A stretch of DNA of 64,000 nt from Azolla caroliniana (taxonomy: Eukaryota; Plantae; Polypodiophyta). Location of the stretch: NCBI GenBank assembly GCA_043228905.1, contig JBHGNT010000005.1, positions 6,882,001 through 6,946,000 on the forward strand, read 5' to 3'. This document shows, piece by piece, positions 25,197 to 38,117 of the stretch (position 1 is the first letter of the stretch; each line of letters opens with the position of its first letter). Position numbers and translations under genes: made by a program. The notes under the pieces were generated by a model that was not told the DNA's origin, made no database searches, and worked only from the letters and a program-made list of their open reading frames with translations.

Positions 25197-28100
25197 ATGG
25201 AAGGCGGCGGTAGTGGGCCTCCGGGCATGATGGTGCTGAATGCACAGAACTACGCCGACTGGAAGATCAAGATGGAGGATCTTCTGATTGTTCGGGACCT
25301 GTACGAACCGATTGACAGGTCGGAAATACCGAAGGGGGTACTTGAGACGGAATGGAGGCTTCTGAACCGGAAAGCCGTAGCGACGATCCGGCAATATGTC
25401 GATGTAAGCGTCCTACAACATGTGGCGAACGACACCAACGCATACGAGATGTGGAAGAAGCTGTCGGGCCTCTACGAGAGGAAGAATGCGTTGAACCGGA
25501 CCTCCCTGATGAGAAAGATAGTGAACCTCAAGTACCGGGACGGCGAGAGTATGGTGGAACACGTAAGCACGTTCATGGGATTCGTGAACCAGCTTGCGGC
25601 GATCAAGTTCCCGTTGGAGGATGCAATGCAAGCCATCATCTTGATGTGTACATTGCCGGACAGCTGGGAGAACTTGGTGGTGACTCTCAGCACCTCCTGC
25701 ACCGAAGATAACTTGTCTCTACAAACGGTAAAGACAAGTATTCTAAATGAAGAAGCGCGTCGGAGAGATAAGGAACCGGCCTCCGACTCAAAGGCGCTGC
25801 TTATCGAATCGGAACGGGGAAGACAATGGAACCGGAGTCCACAAAGACGGGAGAAGTCGGGGTCCCGGTCGCAGTCAAGAGGAAGGCCCACATGCTTCCA
25901 CTGTGGGAAGCCGGGGCACTTCCGGAAGAATTGTCGGCATTACCGAAAGGACAACGGAGCCGACGACACCGATTCGAAGAAGTCACCGGAGAGAAACGGT
26001 GCATACCGGGGAGCCACGGACCGGAGAGGTCCGGATCGGCGAGGGCAGGACCGGAAAGGAACGACGGCACTCGCGGCAAGTGAAGAGGAGATCATGCTCA
26101 TTACCGAAGAGAGGGAGCTGAACCTTGCCGGAGAAGAGATGACCTGGGTGGTCGATTCCGGAGCGTCGTTCCACCTGACCCCGGAGAAGAAATACTTCTC
26201 ATCCTACACAGCCGGTGAGCATGGTTGTGTCCGGATGGGAAATGAAGGTACGTGCCGGATTGCCGGCATAGGAGACGTGTGGCTGATGACATCAACCGGA
26301 TGCAAAATGCTGCTGAAGGATGTCCGACACGTTCCGGAGGTTCGATTGAACCTGATTTCGGCCGGGAGGCTAGATGATGAAGGCTACACGGGTAGCATCC
26401 GGAACGGCGTAATGAAGTTCAGCAAGGGGAGCCTGATAGTGGCTCGGGCCCGGAAAGTTAACACGCTGTACCTGATGAATTCCCGGCTATGTCCGGAAGA
26501 GCTGAACGTGGCAGCCGACACTGCCGGTGAGCTGTGGCACAAGAGACTGTGCCACATGAGTGAGAAGGGGATGAAGAGGCTTGCAGAAGACAACCTCATT
26601 CCAGTGAAGCATGTGCACCTGGAGAAGTGCACCGATTGCCTGGCCGGTAAGCAGAACCGGACCTCCTTCCACTCAAGGCCACCGACGAGACGTAGTGCAC
26701 CATTGGAGTTGGTGCACACTGACGTGTGTCAGGTAGAAACGAAGTCACATGGCGGAGCCCAGTACTTCGTGACATTCATTGATGACCACAGCCGGAAGCT
26801 GTGGACGGCGCCGTTGAAGACAAAGGACCAAGTGCTGGGCGTCTTCAAAGAACTCCACGCGAGAGTGGAAAGAGAATCCGGCAAGAAGCTGAAAGCAATA
26901 CGAGCGGATAACGGAGGGGAATACCGGGGGCAGTTCCAGGAGTACTGTCGCTCGAAGGGAATCCGACTCGAGTTTACTGTGCCGAAGACGCCGGAACTGA
27001 ACGGGCTAGCCGAGAGGATGAACCGGACTATAATGGAGAGGGTCCGGAGTATGCTGGCGCATGCGAAATTACCCAAGGGGTTTTGGGCTGAGGCAATGTC
27101 GACGGCGACATACGTGATAAACAGATCACCCTCAGTACCTTTGGACGGAGACACGCCGCAGAAAGTGTGGACCGGTAAGGAAGTGTCCTACCGGCATCTG
27201 AAGGTGTTCGGGTGTCTCGCATACGTGCATGTGGCAAAGGACCGGAGAGGAAAGCTAGATCCAAAGACCCGGCCATGCATATTCCTCGGTTACGGCGACG
27301 ACGAGTTCGGCTACCGAGTATGGGACCCGGTCGACAAGAAGATATTCAGGAGTCGAGATATCATCTTCATGGAGGACAAGACGCTCGCCGACTGGGAGTC
27401 GGAGAAGAAGATGAAGAGCTCCAAGTCGACCGGTGAGGATAAACTCTACGAGGAGCAGTCCCGACCGGCAAGGGACCGGTTAACACTCGAAGACCCGGCC
27501 GAAGACGGTGAAGAAACAGAACCGGCCGAAGAAGATGAAAATGATACCGGAACCGGCCCCGATCCCGAAATGAATTCGGATGAAGAAGAAGAATCGGAAG
27601 AACCGGTTACCGAAGCTCCCGAACGGAGATATCCTCTAAGAGAGAGAAGGGCCCCCCGGAGATTTCCGGAACCAGAGCACGTGCTGCTAACCGACGAGGG
27701 GGAGCCGGAGAGCTTTGAAGAAGCAAAGCACGACACCCAGAGCCGCAGGTGGTTAAGTGCCATGCAGGAGGAGATGGATTCCCTGCATGAGAACCACACA
27801 TATGAACTTGTGGAGTTGCCGAAAGGAAAGCGGGCACTTCGAAACAAGTGGGTGTTCAAGCTGAAACCGGGAGATGCCGGAAACCCCCCGAGATACAAAG
27901 CCAGGATCGTGGTGAAGGGGTTCCAGCAGAAGAAGGGCGTCGACTTCGACGAGATATTTGCCCCGGTAGTGAAGATGACCTCCATCCGGACGGTGCTGAG
28001 CATAGCGGCAAGCATGGACCTCGAGGTAGAACAGATGGACGTGAAGACGGCATTCCTTCACGGTGACCTCGAGGAAGAGATCTACATGCAGCAACCGGAA

Positions 28101-29273
28101 GGATTCGAGAAGAAAGGGAAGGAGCACCTGGTATGCCGGTTGAAGAAGAGCCTTTACGGATTGAAGCAGGCTCCCCGGCAATGGTACCGGAAGTTCGACT
28201 CCTTCATGACAGATGAAGGGTACCACAAAACGCAGTCCGATCACTGCGTGTTTGTGAAGAAGTTCGAAGGAGGAGACTCGCTAATACTCCTCCTATACGT
28301 GGACGACATGTTGATCGTCGGACGGGACCAGGTCAAGATACGGATGCTGAAGAAGGCTCTTCACCGAACCTTCTCAATGAAGGACTTGGGTCCGGCGAGG
28401 CAAATACTAGGGATGCACATCATCCGGAACCGGAAGAAGAAGCAGTTGTGGCTGTCACAGGAAAAGTACGTGACAAAGGTGCTTCAACGGTTCAACATGT
28501 CGGAAGCAAGACCGGTCGGATCGACCCTCCCGGCAAACTGCAAGCTGTCCAGCAAGCAAAGTCCCAAGACAAAGGCTGAAAAGGAGGATATGATGAAAGT
28601 GCCGTATGCCTCAGCCGTCGGGAGCTTGATGTACGCAATGGTGTGTACGAGACCGGACATAGGATATGCAGTCGGAGTGGTGAGCCGGTACATGAGCAAT
28701 CCCGGCAAAGAGCATTGGAACGCGGTCAAGTGGATACTCCGATACCTGAAGGGCACGGCAAACGTGTGCCTCCGATTCGGCTCCGGTAAGCCCCAACTCG
28801 ACGGCTTCACCGATTCGGATATGTCGGCTGATGCAGATACCAGCCGGTCCACATCAGGGTATGTGATGACCTATGCAGGGGGAGCCGTTTCGTGGCAGTC
28901 GAGGCTGCAGAAGACGGTTGCGCTGTCAACCACGGAGGCGGAGTACATGGCAGCTGTTGAAGCCGGCAAGGAAATAATATGGATGAAGGACTTCATTAGA
29001 GAGCTCGGTATCCAACAGGAGGAGTACCGACTATACTGCGACAGTCAGAGTGCCATCCACCTTGCGAAGAACGCGGCCTACCATTCCCGGACGAAACACA
29101 TCCAGTGTAGATACCACTGGATCCGGGAAAGGATAGAAGACAAGGAGTTCGTGCTGACGAAGATCCACACGGACGAGAACGGGTCGGATATGCTGACCAA
29201 GGTACTTACACCCGACAAGCTGGAAGCATGCCGGAAGAGGATCGGATTGGAGAGACATCCCATGCCGAAGTGA
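25197..29273 (+). CDS. Copia Gag-Pol polyprotein, 1358 aa, uninterrupted
   Basis: CFHCGKPGHFRKNC, WVVDSGAS, RADNGGEY, LYVDDML, RNase H; first ATG after the PBS is at 25197. Confidence 0.97.
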   Translation: MEGGGSGPPGMMVLNAQNYADWKIKMEDLLIVRDLYEPIDRSEIPKGVLETEWRLLNRKAVATIRQYVDVSVLQHVANDTNAYEMWKKLSGLYERKNALNRTSLMRKIVNLKYRDGESMVEHVSTFMGFVNQLAAIKFPLEDAMQAIILMCTLPDSWENLVVTLSTSCTEDNLSLQTVKTSILNEEARRRDKEPASDSKALLIESERGRQWNRSPQRREKSGSRSQSRGRPTCFHCGKPGHFRKNCRHYRKDNGADDTDSKKSPERNGAYRGATDRRGPDRRGQDRKGTTALAASEEEIMLITEERELNLAGEEMTWVVDSGASFHLTPEKKYFSSYTAGEHGCVRMGNEGTCRIAGIGDVWLMTSTGCKMLLKDVRHVPEVRLNLISAGRLDDEGYTGSIRNGVMKFSKGSLIVARARKVNTLYLMNSRLCPEELNVAADTAGELWHKRLCHMSEKGMKRLAEDNLIPVKHVHLEKCTDCLAGKQNRTSFHSRPPTRRSAPLELVHTDVCQVETKSHGGAQYFVTFIDDHSRKLWTAPLKTKDQVLGVFKELHARVERESGKKLKAIRADNGGEYRGQFQEYCRSKGIRLEFTVPKTPELNGLAERMNRTIMERVRSMLAHAKLPKGFWAEAMSTATYVINRSPSVPLDGDTPQKVWTGKEVSYRHLKVFGCLAYVHVAKDRRGKLDPKTRPCIFLGYGDDEFGYRVWDPVDKKIFRSRDIIFMEDKTLADWESEKKMKSSKSTGEDKLYEEQSRPARDRLTLEDPAEDGEETEPAEEDENDTGTGPDPEMNSDEEEESEEPVTEAPERRYPLRERRAPRRFPEPEHVLLTDEGEPESFEEAKHDTQSRRWLSAMQEEMDSLHENHTYELVELPKGKRALRNKWVFKLKPGDAGNPPRYKARIVVKGFQQKKGVDFDEIFAPVVKMTSIRTVLSIAASMDLEVEQMDVKTAFLHGDLEEEIYMQQPEGFEKKGKEHLVCRLKKSLYGLKQAPRQWYRKFDSFMTDEGYHKTQSDHCVFVKKFEGGDSLILLLYVDDMLIVGRDQVKIRMLKKALHRTFSMKDLGPARQILGMHIIRNRKKKQLWLSQEKYVTKVLQRFNMSEARPVGSTLPANCKLSSKQSPKTKAEKEDMMKVPYASAVGSLMYAMVCTRPDIGYAVGVVSRYMSNPGKEHWNAVKWILRYLKGTANVCLRFGSGKPQLDGFTDSDMSADADTSRSTSGYVMTYAGGAVSWQSRLQKTVALSTTEAEYMAAVEAGKEIIWMKDFIRELGIQQEEYRLYCDSQSAIHLAKNAAYHSRTKHIQCRYHWIRERIEDKEFVLTKIHTDENGSDMLTKVLTPDKLEACRKRIGLERHPMPK

Positions 29274-32200
29274 AGGGGGAGTTTGTTGGGATTACGGTCC
29301 CTCCGGATGGGATGTCCGGAGATGAATGACGGCAAGCCCGGTTGCGGTTACGGAACCGGATGATGAAGAGTACCCGGCATGAAGCCGGATGAAGAGTACC
29401 CGGATACGGATCCGGATGATGAAGAGTACCCGGCATGAAGCCGGATGAAGAGTACCCGGATACGGATCCGGATGATGAAGAGTACCCGGCATGAAGCCGG
29501 ATGAAGAGTACCCGGATACGGATCCGGATGATGAAGAGTACCCGGCATGAAGCCGGATGAAGAGTACCCGGATGCGGATCCGGATGATGAAGAGTACCCG
29601 GCATGAAGCCGGATGAAGAGTACCCGGATACGGATCCGGATGCAGGGACATATTTATGAATATGTTTGCTAAGAGCCCTTGAGGCTATATTTGTAAATAT
29701 CCCGAAAGTCATATATGTATAAATATGACTTAGGGCAAACAGTTAAAATGTTGTTGCTCATTTTTCATGAGAAGTGAGAGCAGCCGAGAGAGAGAGAGAG
29801 ATAGAAACGAAGAGGTCGACGCCTCTGTGTAATACCGCCGCCTGTGGCGAGGACAGCGAGCTCAAGGTCGTCGCCTTGCAGCTCGCCATTGTATATTCCA
29901 GTGTATAGTGATAGTTGGAGTCGTGCACTCCCGTGGTTTTTCCCGTTTAGGGTTTTCCACGTTATACCCTGTGTATTCGTCTCTCTGTGTCGTTTTTCCC
30001 ATTTTCTGTTGTATTGATCCGCGTTGTCTCGGTTGTGGCCGAGAGGTGAAAGATTGGATAGCGCCAAAATCCCTACACTTCTCATCCTACTCAACCGGTG
30101 ATCACGGCTGTGTCCGGATGGGGAATGAAGGTATATGCCGAATTGTCGGCATAGGAGACGTGTGGCTGTCAACACCAACCGGATGCAAGCTGCTGCTGAA
30201 GGATGTCCGACAGGTTCCAGAGGTTCGTCTGAACCTGATATCAGCTGGTCGGGTAGATGATGAAGGCTACACGGGTAGCATCCGGAACGGTGTTATGAAG
30301 TTTAGCAAAGGGAGCTTGATTGTGGCTCGGGCCCGGAAGGTAAACACGCTGTACTTGAGGAATGCCCGGTTATGTCTGGAGGAAGTGAACGTGGCATCCG
30401 ACACCGCCGGTGAGCTGTGGCACAAAAGGCTGTGTCACATGAGCGAGAAGGGGATGAAGAGGCTTGCAGACGACAACCTCATTCCAGTGAAGAACGTGCA
30501 CTTGGAGAAGTGCACTGATTGTCTGGCCGGGAAGCAAAACTGGACATCCTTCTGATCGAGGCCACCGATGAGACGTAATGCACCACTGGAGTTGGTGCAT
30601 AGTGATGTATGTCAAGTGGACACGAAGTCACATGCAGGATCGCAGTACTTCTCGACATTCATAGATGACCACAACCGGATGTTGTGGGCCACACTGTTGA
30701 AGATGAAGGATCAGGTGCTATCTATCTTCAAAGAGCTCCACGTGAGAGTGGAAAGAGAAACTGGACGTGGACTTCGACGAGATATTTGCCCCGGTAGTAA
30801 AGATGACCTCCATCTGGACGATGCTAAGTATAGTGGCAAGCATGGAGTTCGAGGTAGAGCAACTGGACGTGAAGACGACATTCCTTCACGGTGACCTCGA
30901 AGAGGAGATCTACATGCAGCAACCGGAAGGATTCGTGGAGAAAGGGAAGGAGCACCTGGTTTGCCGGTTGAAGAAGAGCCTGTACAGACTGAAGCAGGCT
31001 CCCCGACAATGGTACCGGAAGTTCGACTCCTTCATGTCCGATCAAGGGTACCAGAAGACACAGGCTGATCACTGTGTGTTTGTGAAGAAGTTCGAAGGAG
31101 GCGACTTCCTGATACTCCTTTTGTACGTGGATGATATGTTGATCGTCAGACGGGACCAAGCCAAAATACGGATGCTGAAGAAGGCTCTCAACCGGACCTT
31201 CTCAATGAAAGACTTGGGTTCGGCAAGACAGATGCTTGGGATGCATATCATCCGGAACCGGCCAACGAAGCAACTATGGCTGTCACAAGAGAAATATGTG
31301 ACAAAGGTGCATCAACGGTTCAACATGTCAGAAGCGAAATGGGTCGGATCAACACTCCCGAAAAACTGCAGATTATCCGGTAAGCAAAGCCCGAAGACGA
31401 AAGCAGAGAAGGCTGATATGATGAAGGTTCCATATGCCTCTGTTGTTGGGAGGTTAATGTACGCAATGGTGTGTACCCGACCGGATATAGGATACGCAGT
31501 CGGAGTGGTGAGCCGGTATATGAGCAATCCCAACAAGGAGCACTGGAACGCGGTCAAATGGATACTCCAGTACTTGAAGGGCACTTCGAATATGTGTCTC
31601 CGATTCGGCTCCGGTAAACCTCAACTTGACGGTTTTACCAATTCAGACATGTCGGCTGACGTGGATACCAGCCGGTCTACATCCGGGTATGTAATGACAT
31701 ATGTAGGGGGAGCTGTTTCGTGGCAGTCGAGGCTGCAGAAGACGGTTGCGTTGTCAACCACGGAGGCGGAGTACATGGCGGTTGTGGAAGCCGGCAAGGA
31801 AATACTATGGGTGAAGGACTTCATCGGAGAGCTCGGTATCCGACCAGATGAATACCGGCTCTATTGCGACAGTCAAAAGTGCCATCCACCTTGCTAAGAA
31901 CGTAGCGTACCGCTCCAGGACAAAGCACATCTAGCGTAGGTATCACTGGATCCGGGAGTGAGTAGAAGATCGAGAGTTCGCGCTGATGAAGATCCACGTG
32001 CAGTCGAGAATAGGTCAGATATGCTAACCAAAGTACTGATACCTGACAAGCTGGATGCATGTTGAAAGTGGATCAGACAAGTAAGACATCCCATGCCGGA
32101 GTGAAGGGGGAGTTTGTTAGGAAACAGGTCCCTCCGGATGGGAAGTGAAAAGAACAGTGAAGACCCGATGAGAACCGTATGTGGAGTGCCCGGCAACGGA

Positions 32201-32818
32201 AGACCCGGTGAGAGCCGGATGACAAGTACCCGGCAAGAGCCGGATGGTGAAGACCTGGTGAGAACCGGATGTGGAGTACCCGGTAACGGAGGACCTGGTG
32301 AGAACCAGATGACGTGTGCCCGGCAAGCGCCGGATGATGCAGGCCCGGTGAGGAGTGCTCATTGGATGAAGGGACATATTCGTAAATATGTTTTTGAGAG
32401 TCAATCGGGGCTATATTTGTAAATAGCCGAAAAGTCATATTAGTATAAATATGGCTTAGGGCAAACTTAATGATCATTGTTGTCATTCTTGTTGGTGCAA
32501 GATTAGAGCGCGTAACTGTGTACAGAGAGAGTGAGAGAGAGGAAGAGGTCGTTGCCTTTGTTGTAACCGCCACCTGTGGCGAAGATAGCAAGCTTGAGGT
32601 TGTTGCTTCGGTGCTTTACTATTGTACATTCTAATATAGTGATAGTTTGCAGTCTGTGGGTTGCTGTGGTTTTTCCCTAGTTTGGGTTTTCCACGTTAAC
32701 AACATGTGTAATATTCTCTTCACTGTGTCGTGCGTTCATTACCCATTTTTCTGTGTTTTATCCTAGGCTCGGTTGTGGCTGAGCGTTGTTCATCGGAGCG
32801 TGTGTTCTTGTTAGGTAG

Positions 32819-35800
32819 ACCATGGCTCGGAGATCAACCTGATGTCCATGGACTTCTACAAAAAGGGGAAGTGGTTGATCAACACCAAGCATGGGTGGAA
32901 GATACACACTACGACATGTGCTACGAAGGAGTTGCATGGTGCGTGCTCGAATGTACGTGTAAAGATCGGCGACGTTGAGATAGATCAACACTTCTTTGTG
33001 CAGGAGACCTCCTCGCACCCAGTGATAATCGGTGAGCCATACATTATGGCGGCACGGATGGAAACGAAGGTGCTTGACAATGGATCGGCGTACGCGCGTG
33101 TGAGGAGCCAGGACGAACAACGCTCCGTTCAATTTTTGACGGTGAGGCCGAACCATGAGCGTAACCGTGAGACCCTCGTAGGCGAGAGCCGAGGGGATTT
33201 TTAGAGAGGGTTATCAAGGCGTGGGGCCGCGATAGTCCGGAAACCCCGGAAGAACCCCACACATGTACCATAGGTAGGAAGTTGTGGTTCTCCGATAACA
33301 GAGGTTGTACTATAGCTGGCATCAGTGGTGCGGAAGAAAGACTCAGGGCGTACAGAGTCTTCGACCCTGGCGAAGAGATTGGCAGTGCCGTGGAGGTGGT
33401 CTCCTTCGATGACACCTTGGGGGAATTACGCGAGGTTGTCGAAGGAGGCCTTAGTGAAGACCGGGCAGTTCCGGTTAGTTCAGTGGAGATATACGAAGTC
33501 ATCGTTGACTTCGGGGAAAAGGTAGGGTCTGGTCGGACGGCCCGCATGGATACCAAGTACAAGACTGTGGACTGGAAGGTGAGGCAAGTCGCGCTCCCCT
33601 TGCCGGAGGGCAGCGGAGAGCGGATAAAGGGGGTCACGTCGGACCCAAATTTACATCAACCGGTCGGCATAGGGCACCGATTCACTAACATAACGCTACG
33701 GGAGCTCAAGGTCGGTGGGGGAGGGTTTCTACTGCCGGCGGAGGAGGACTAGTTTCAGAGGATGCTCGGAAGGCACGGGAAAGCCTTCGCATTCTCGCCG
33801 AAGGATATCGGGTGCGTAGACCCGACGATTGTGGAGCTGATGGTGATATTCATCGTGCCGCACGTGCCGTGGAATCTCAAGCCGATTCCAATACCTAGAG
33901 CTCACATCCCGAAGTTGATGGAGCTACTAAAGTAGAAAGTGGAGATGGGCATCCTCAAACCGTCGAGCGCCCCGTATTCGAATCGGTGGTTTACTGTGCC
34001 GAAGAAGAACGACACGCTGCGCTTCATTCAGGACCTGCAACCGGTCAACAGGGTGACCATTCGTAATGAAGGTATCGGATCGACGATAGACGAGTTCGCG
34101 GACGCCTTCGCCGGAAGGTCTATCTATTCAGTCGGTGATCTGTACTCAGGGTACGATCAGTTCTAACTAGTCGTGGAGAGCAAGGATATCACGACGATGT
34201 GGACCCCTCTTAGCTTAGTGCGGATGTGTACCCTGCCGCAAGGAGGGACGAACTCGGTGGCGCACATGGTGAATGCGATGAACAAGGTGCTGAGGGACTG
34301 CATACTGGACATCACCATGCCATTCCTGGACGACATCCCGATCAAAGGATGTCCGGTGGAGGATAAGGACGAGGCGGTTAGGCCGGATGGATGCCGAAGG
34401 TTTGTTGCGGACCACATTAATGGCTGCGAGAAGGTGCTGCAAAGGCTGGAGGATGCACGGCTCACCTTCTTCGGGGAGAAATCAGCGTTCGGCCAATCGG
34501 AGATCCTAGTGGTCAGTCACCTGTGCGGTCCCTACAGCCGGAAACTGTCTCTGGCAAAGATAGAGACCATCTCCGTAATGAAGGAAGAGTGCAAGTCGGT
34601 TACGGAGGTGCAGAGGTTTTTGGGTGCGTGAGCGTTCTACCACATCTGGATTCCGCACTACGCACATGTCGCAGAACCACTTTACGGATTGTTGAAGAAG
34701 GGGTGCAAATTTGAATGGGGCAAGGGGAATTCGGAGTCGGTTCGGAGACTGAAGGAGGCGCTTACCGCAACACCAGCTCTCAGGAAAGCGGTCTACGGCA
34801 AGGAGGTCCCCATCCACGTAACCGTTGACATAAGCCCGAGCGAAATCGGATGGGTGATCAATCAAGAGGACGAGAGCGGCACGTGGTTCCCGGTTCGGTT
34901 CGGGGCGAAGGTTCTCAGTGAGCGACAACGTGGATACGCCCAAGTTAAGCGCGAATTATGGGGTATCGTTTCGACGGTTAAGGTCGACAAAGATTATCTT
35001 ATAGGGACAGAGGTAATAATCGAGATGGATTGCCTACCGATTCTCGGTATGATTTCCGGATGCGCAACTCTGGACCTGGCAATGCTCAGGTGGATCGCGT
35101 ACATCAAGTCCCTAAATATGGAGATATGGCACATCTCCAGGAAGGACAACGCCATGGCCGACATGCTTTCGAGAGCACGGTTCAACGACGAGGACGACAT
35201 GGTTTCGGAGGATGAGGAAGTCGACGTAGACTTCTTCGAGACGACATACATAACGAGGGAGAGGAGCCCTCCGGTGCTTAACGAATTTCACAAAGGCGAG
35301 TACGACGGAGAGTGGCTCCAGATCGGTAGGTTCCTGAAGACAATGACACCAGACGTAGTGTGGATGAGGGAAGAGGCTAACCGGATCCGAAAGAAAGCTT
35401 ACCGATTCTTCCTATGGGACGGGAACATATGGAGGCCCCCAAAGAAGCGAGGCGGCGTTCCACTCTGCGTAGTGGCGAGAAAGGACGAGCAAGACAAGTT
35501 GTTAACGACGTAGGTCACGAGAGTCCTTGGGTTGGACACCGCGGGACCTGGGCCACATTCGAGGAACTGAAAGAGAAGTATTGATGGCCGGGGCTGTACC
35601 GGGATGTGTACCAGTTCGTGATGACGTGTGAAAACTGTCAGATGCACTCCGCGATCCGGCATCGAGATGAGCTGCACCCAACCTACCTGCCGACCATCCA
35701 CTTCAAATGGATGGTGGACTTAGTGACAATGCCGATGGGAGTAGGGCAGATGCGGTATGTGGTGCTTGCGGGGGAAGATTTAACGAACCCAGTGGAAGGC

Positions 35801-36456
35801 CGCACACTGATGAACAAGACGACTGCGGCGGTGTGCCGGTTCCTAATAGAAGATGTAGTGTGCTGGTACGGATGCGTGGGGAAAATCGTGTCGGATCGGG
35901 GAGAGCTAGACATGCAGGAAGCTGAGGAGGTGTTCAACTGGTTAGGGGTCAAGCTCTCCCTCACTACGGTGTACAATCCGGAGGCAAACGGGAAGGTAGA
36001 ACGTGGACACGGACCGATCGTGAAGGCTTTAGTACAAGCGTGGGAAGGGCAGGTCGGGAATTGGCCACAGCTTCTACCCTACGTGCTGTGGGCGGACCGG
36101 ACTACGCACAGTTTGGTGACAGGGTTCATACCGGTGGAGTTGATGTACGGGCAAAAACCGAATATGCTGGTGGAACGGACGATCACTTCATGGGTCGCGG
36201 TGGACTGGAAGGATGAGATGTGCCGGGAAGAGTTGCTGGCGGCGCAGATTCAGCTGCTTGAGCAATGATTGGAGGATGTGGAGCAGGCGATGGCGAGGCT
36301 GCGTACGGTGCGTGAAAGGAACAAAGGCCGGTTCGACCGAACACACCGACTGAGACCGAAGAAGATCGAGGAAGGCGATTGGGTGTTGGTGTACAATAGT
36401 AGCCTCGATAATCAGCACAAGGCGGTGCGTAAGTTTGCGGGGAGATGGTTCGGGCC
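32819..36456 (+). pseudogene. Protease and pol of element W
   Basis: DHGSEIN, TLPQGGTNSV, FLDDIPIKG, RNase H and integrase motifs; many stops. Confidence 0.9.
33195..33260 (+). promoter_or_regulatory. Putative -1 ribosomal frameshift signal (G GAT TTT plus pseudoknot), element W
   Basis: Gag-PR ends GAT TTT TAG; the -1 frame is open into pol; stem 33208-15/33231-38; GTGGGG pairs with CCCCAC. Confidence 0.8.
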
Positions 36457-38055
36457 GTGCATGTGTGTGTGTGGGACCTCCATTTTGGGTCTGTTGCCGG
36501 TTTGCTGGTTGTAATCGTTGTTGACATCGTAATTGAATCTTCTATTCCCGTCGCTCTCTCTCTCTATGTTTCTATGAGTCGCGCTCCCTCTTCTTTTCTC
36601 ACGCTCCTTGGTTCAGGGCCCCCGTGGTCCCGCCTTATTCCACACGTGAGAGTGTAACAACACAACAACGGACTGAAGCAAGCTCCCCGGCAATGGTACC
36701 GAAAGTTTGACTCCTTCATGACTGACCAAGGGTACCACAAGACGCAGGCCGATCACTGCGTGTTTGTGAAGAAATTTGATGGAGGAGATTTCCTGATATT
36801 GCTCTTGTACGTGGACGACATGTTGATTGTCGGACGAGACCAAGTCAAGATACGAATGCTGAAGAAGGCCCTTAACCGAACCTTCTCAATGAAAGAGTTG
36901 GGTCCGGCAAGACAGATATTGGGTATGCACATTGTCCGGGACCGGTCGAAGAAGCTATTGTGGCTGTCACAGGAGAAGTATGTGACAAAGGTGCTTTAGT
37001 GGTTCAACATGTCAGACACGAAACCGGTCGGATCGACACTTCCGGCAAACTACAAGCTATCCGGAAAGCAGAGTCCGAAGATAACGGCAGAGAAGGTGGA
37101 TATGATGAAGATTCCATATGCCTTTGCGCTTGGGAGCTTGATGTACGCAATGGTATGTACTCGACCCGATATTGTATACGCAGTCGGAGTGGTGAGCTGG
37201 TTCATGAGCAATCCTGTAAGAGAGCACTAGAACGTGGTAAAGTGGATACTCTGGTATTTGGAAGGCACCTCGAGTATGTGCCTCCAATTCGGCTCCGGTA
37301 AACCCTATCTCGACGGTTTTACTGATTTAGATATGTCGGCTGATGTGGATACCAGCCAGTCAACATCGGTATATGTTATGACATATGCAGGGGGAGTAGT
37401 TTCATGGCAGTTGAGGCTGCAGAAGACGGTTGTGTTGTCAACCACGGAGGCGGAGTACATGGCAGTTGTGGAAGCCGGCAAGGAAATATTATGGATGAAG
37501 GACTTCATCGGAGAGCTAGGGATCCGGCAAGAGGAATACCGGCTCTATTGCGATAGTCAAAGTGCCATCCACCTTGCGAAGAACGCGGCGTACCATTCCA
37601 GGAAGACGCACATCCAACGCAGGTATCACTGGATTCGGGAGCAGGTGGAAGATCAAGAGTTCGTGTTAACGAAGATCCACATGGAGGAGAACGGGTCGGA
37701 TATGCTGACCAAGGTGTTGACACCCGATAAGCTGGACGCGTGTCGAAAGCGGATCGGACTAACCAAATATCCCATACCGAAGTGAAGGGGGAGATTGTTG
37801 GGATTTCGATCCCTCCGGATGGGATGATGAGTACCAGGCAAGGAAGACCCGGTGAGAACCGGATGATGCAGGCCTGGTGAGAACCTCTCACCGGATGAAG
37901 GGACATATATGTAAATATGTTTCTAAGAAGCCCATTAGGGCTATATTTGTAAATAGTCCTAAACTCATATTAGTATAAATATGACCTAGGGCAAACACTA
38001 TTTAGAGTTGGTGCAGATCATTGTAAGAGTGGTTGTATTGTATGAGTAACTGTTG

Positions 38056-38117
<62 letters not shown>

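Larger units (their letters stand above)
24429..30077 (+). mobile_element. Intact young Copia element C1 (Tnt1/Tork-like)
   Basis: LTRs 24429-25166 and 29284-30077 differ by one repeat unit and one visible SNP; TSD CTTCT; PBS 25170-25181; PPT 29272-29283. Confidence 0.97.
22816..32813 (+). mobile_element. Copia element C2, decayed, with an internal integrase-to-RT deletion near 30765
   Basis: LTRs 22816-23433 and 32115-32813; TSD GGTAG; PBS TGGTATCAGAGC at 23437-23448; PPT at 32103-32114. Confidence 0.93.
14584..36667 (+). mobile_element. Gypsy element W (tRNA-Trp primed), host of the LINE and of Copia C2/C1
   Basis: 5' LTR 14584-21118 (split by the LINE); PBS 21124-21141; 3' LTR remnant ~36457-36667 after a deletion of the integrase end, PPT and U3; TSD ACAG/ACGG. 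Confidence 0.9.
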
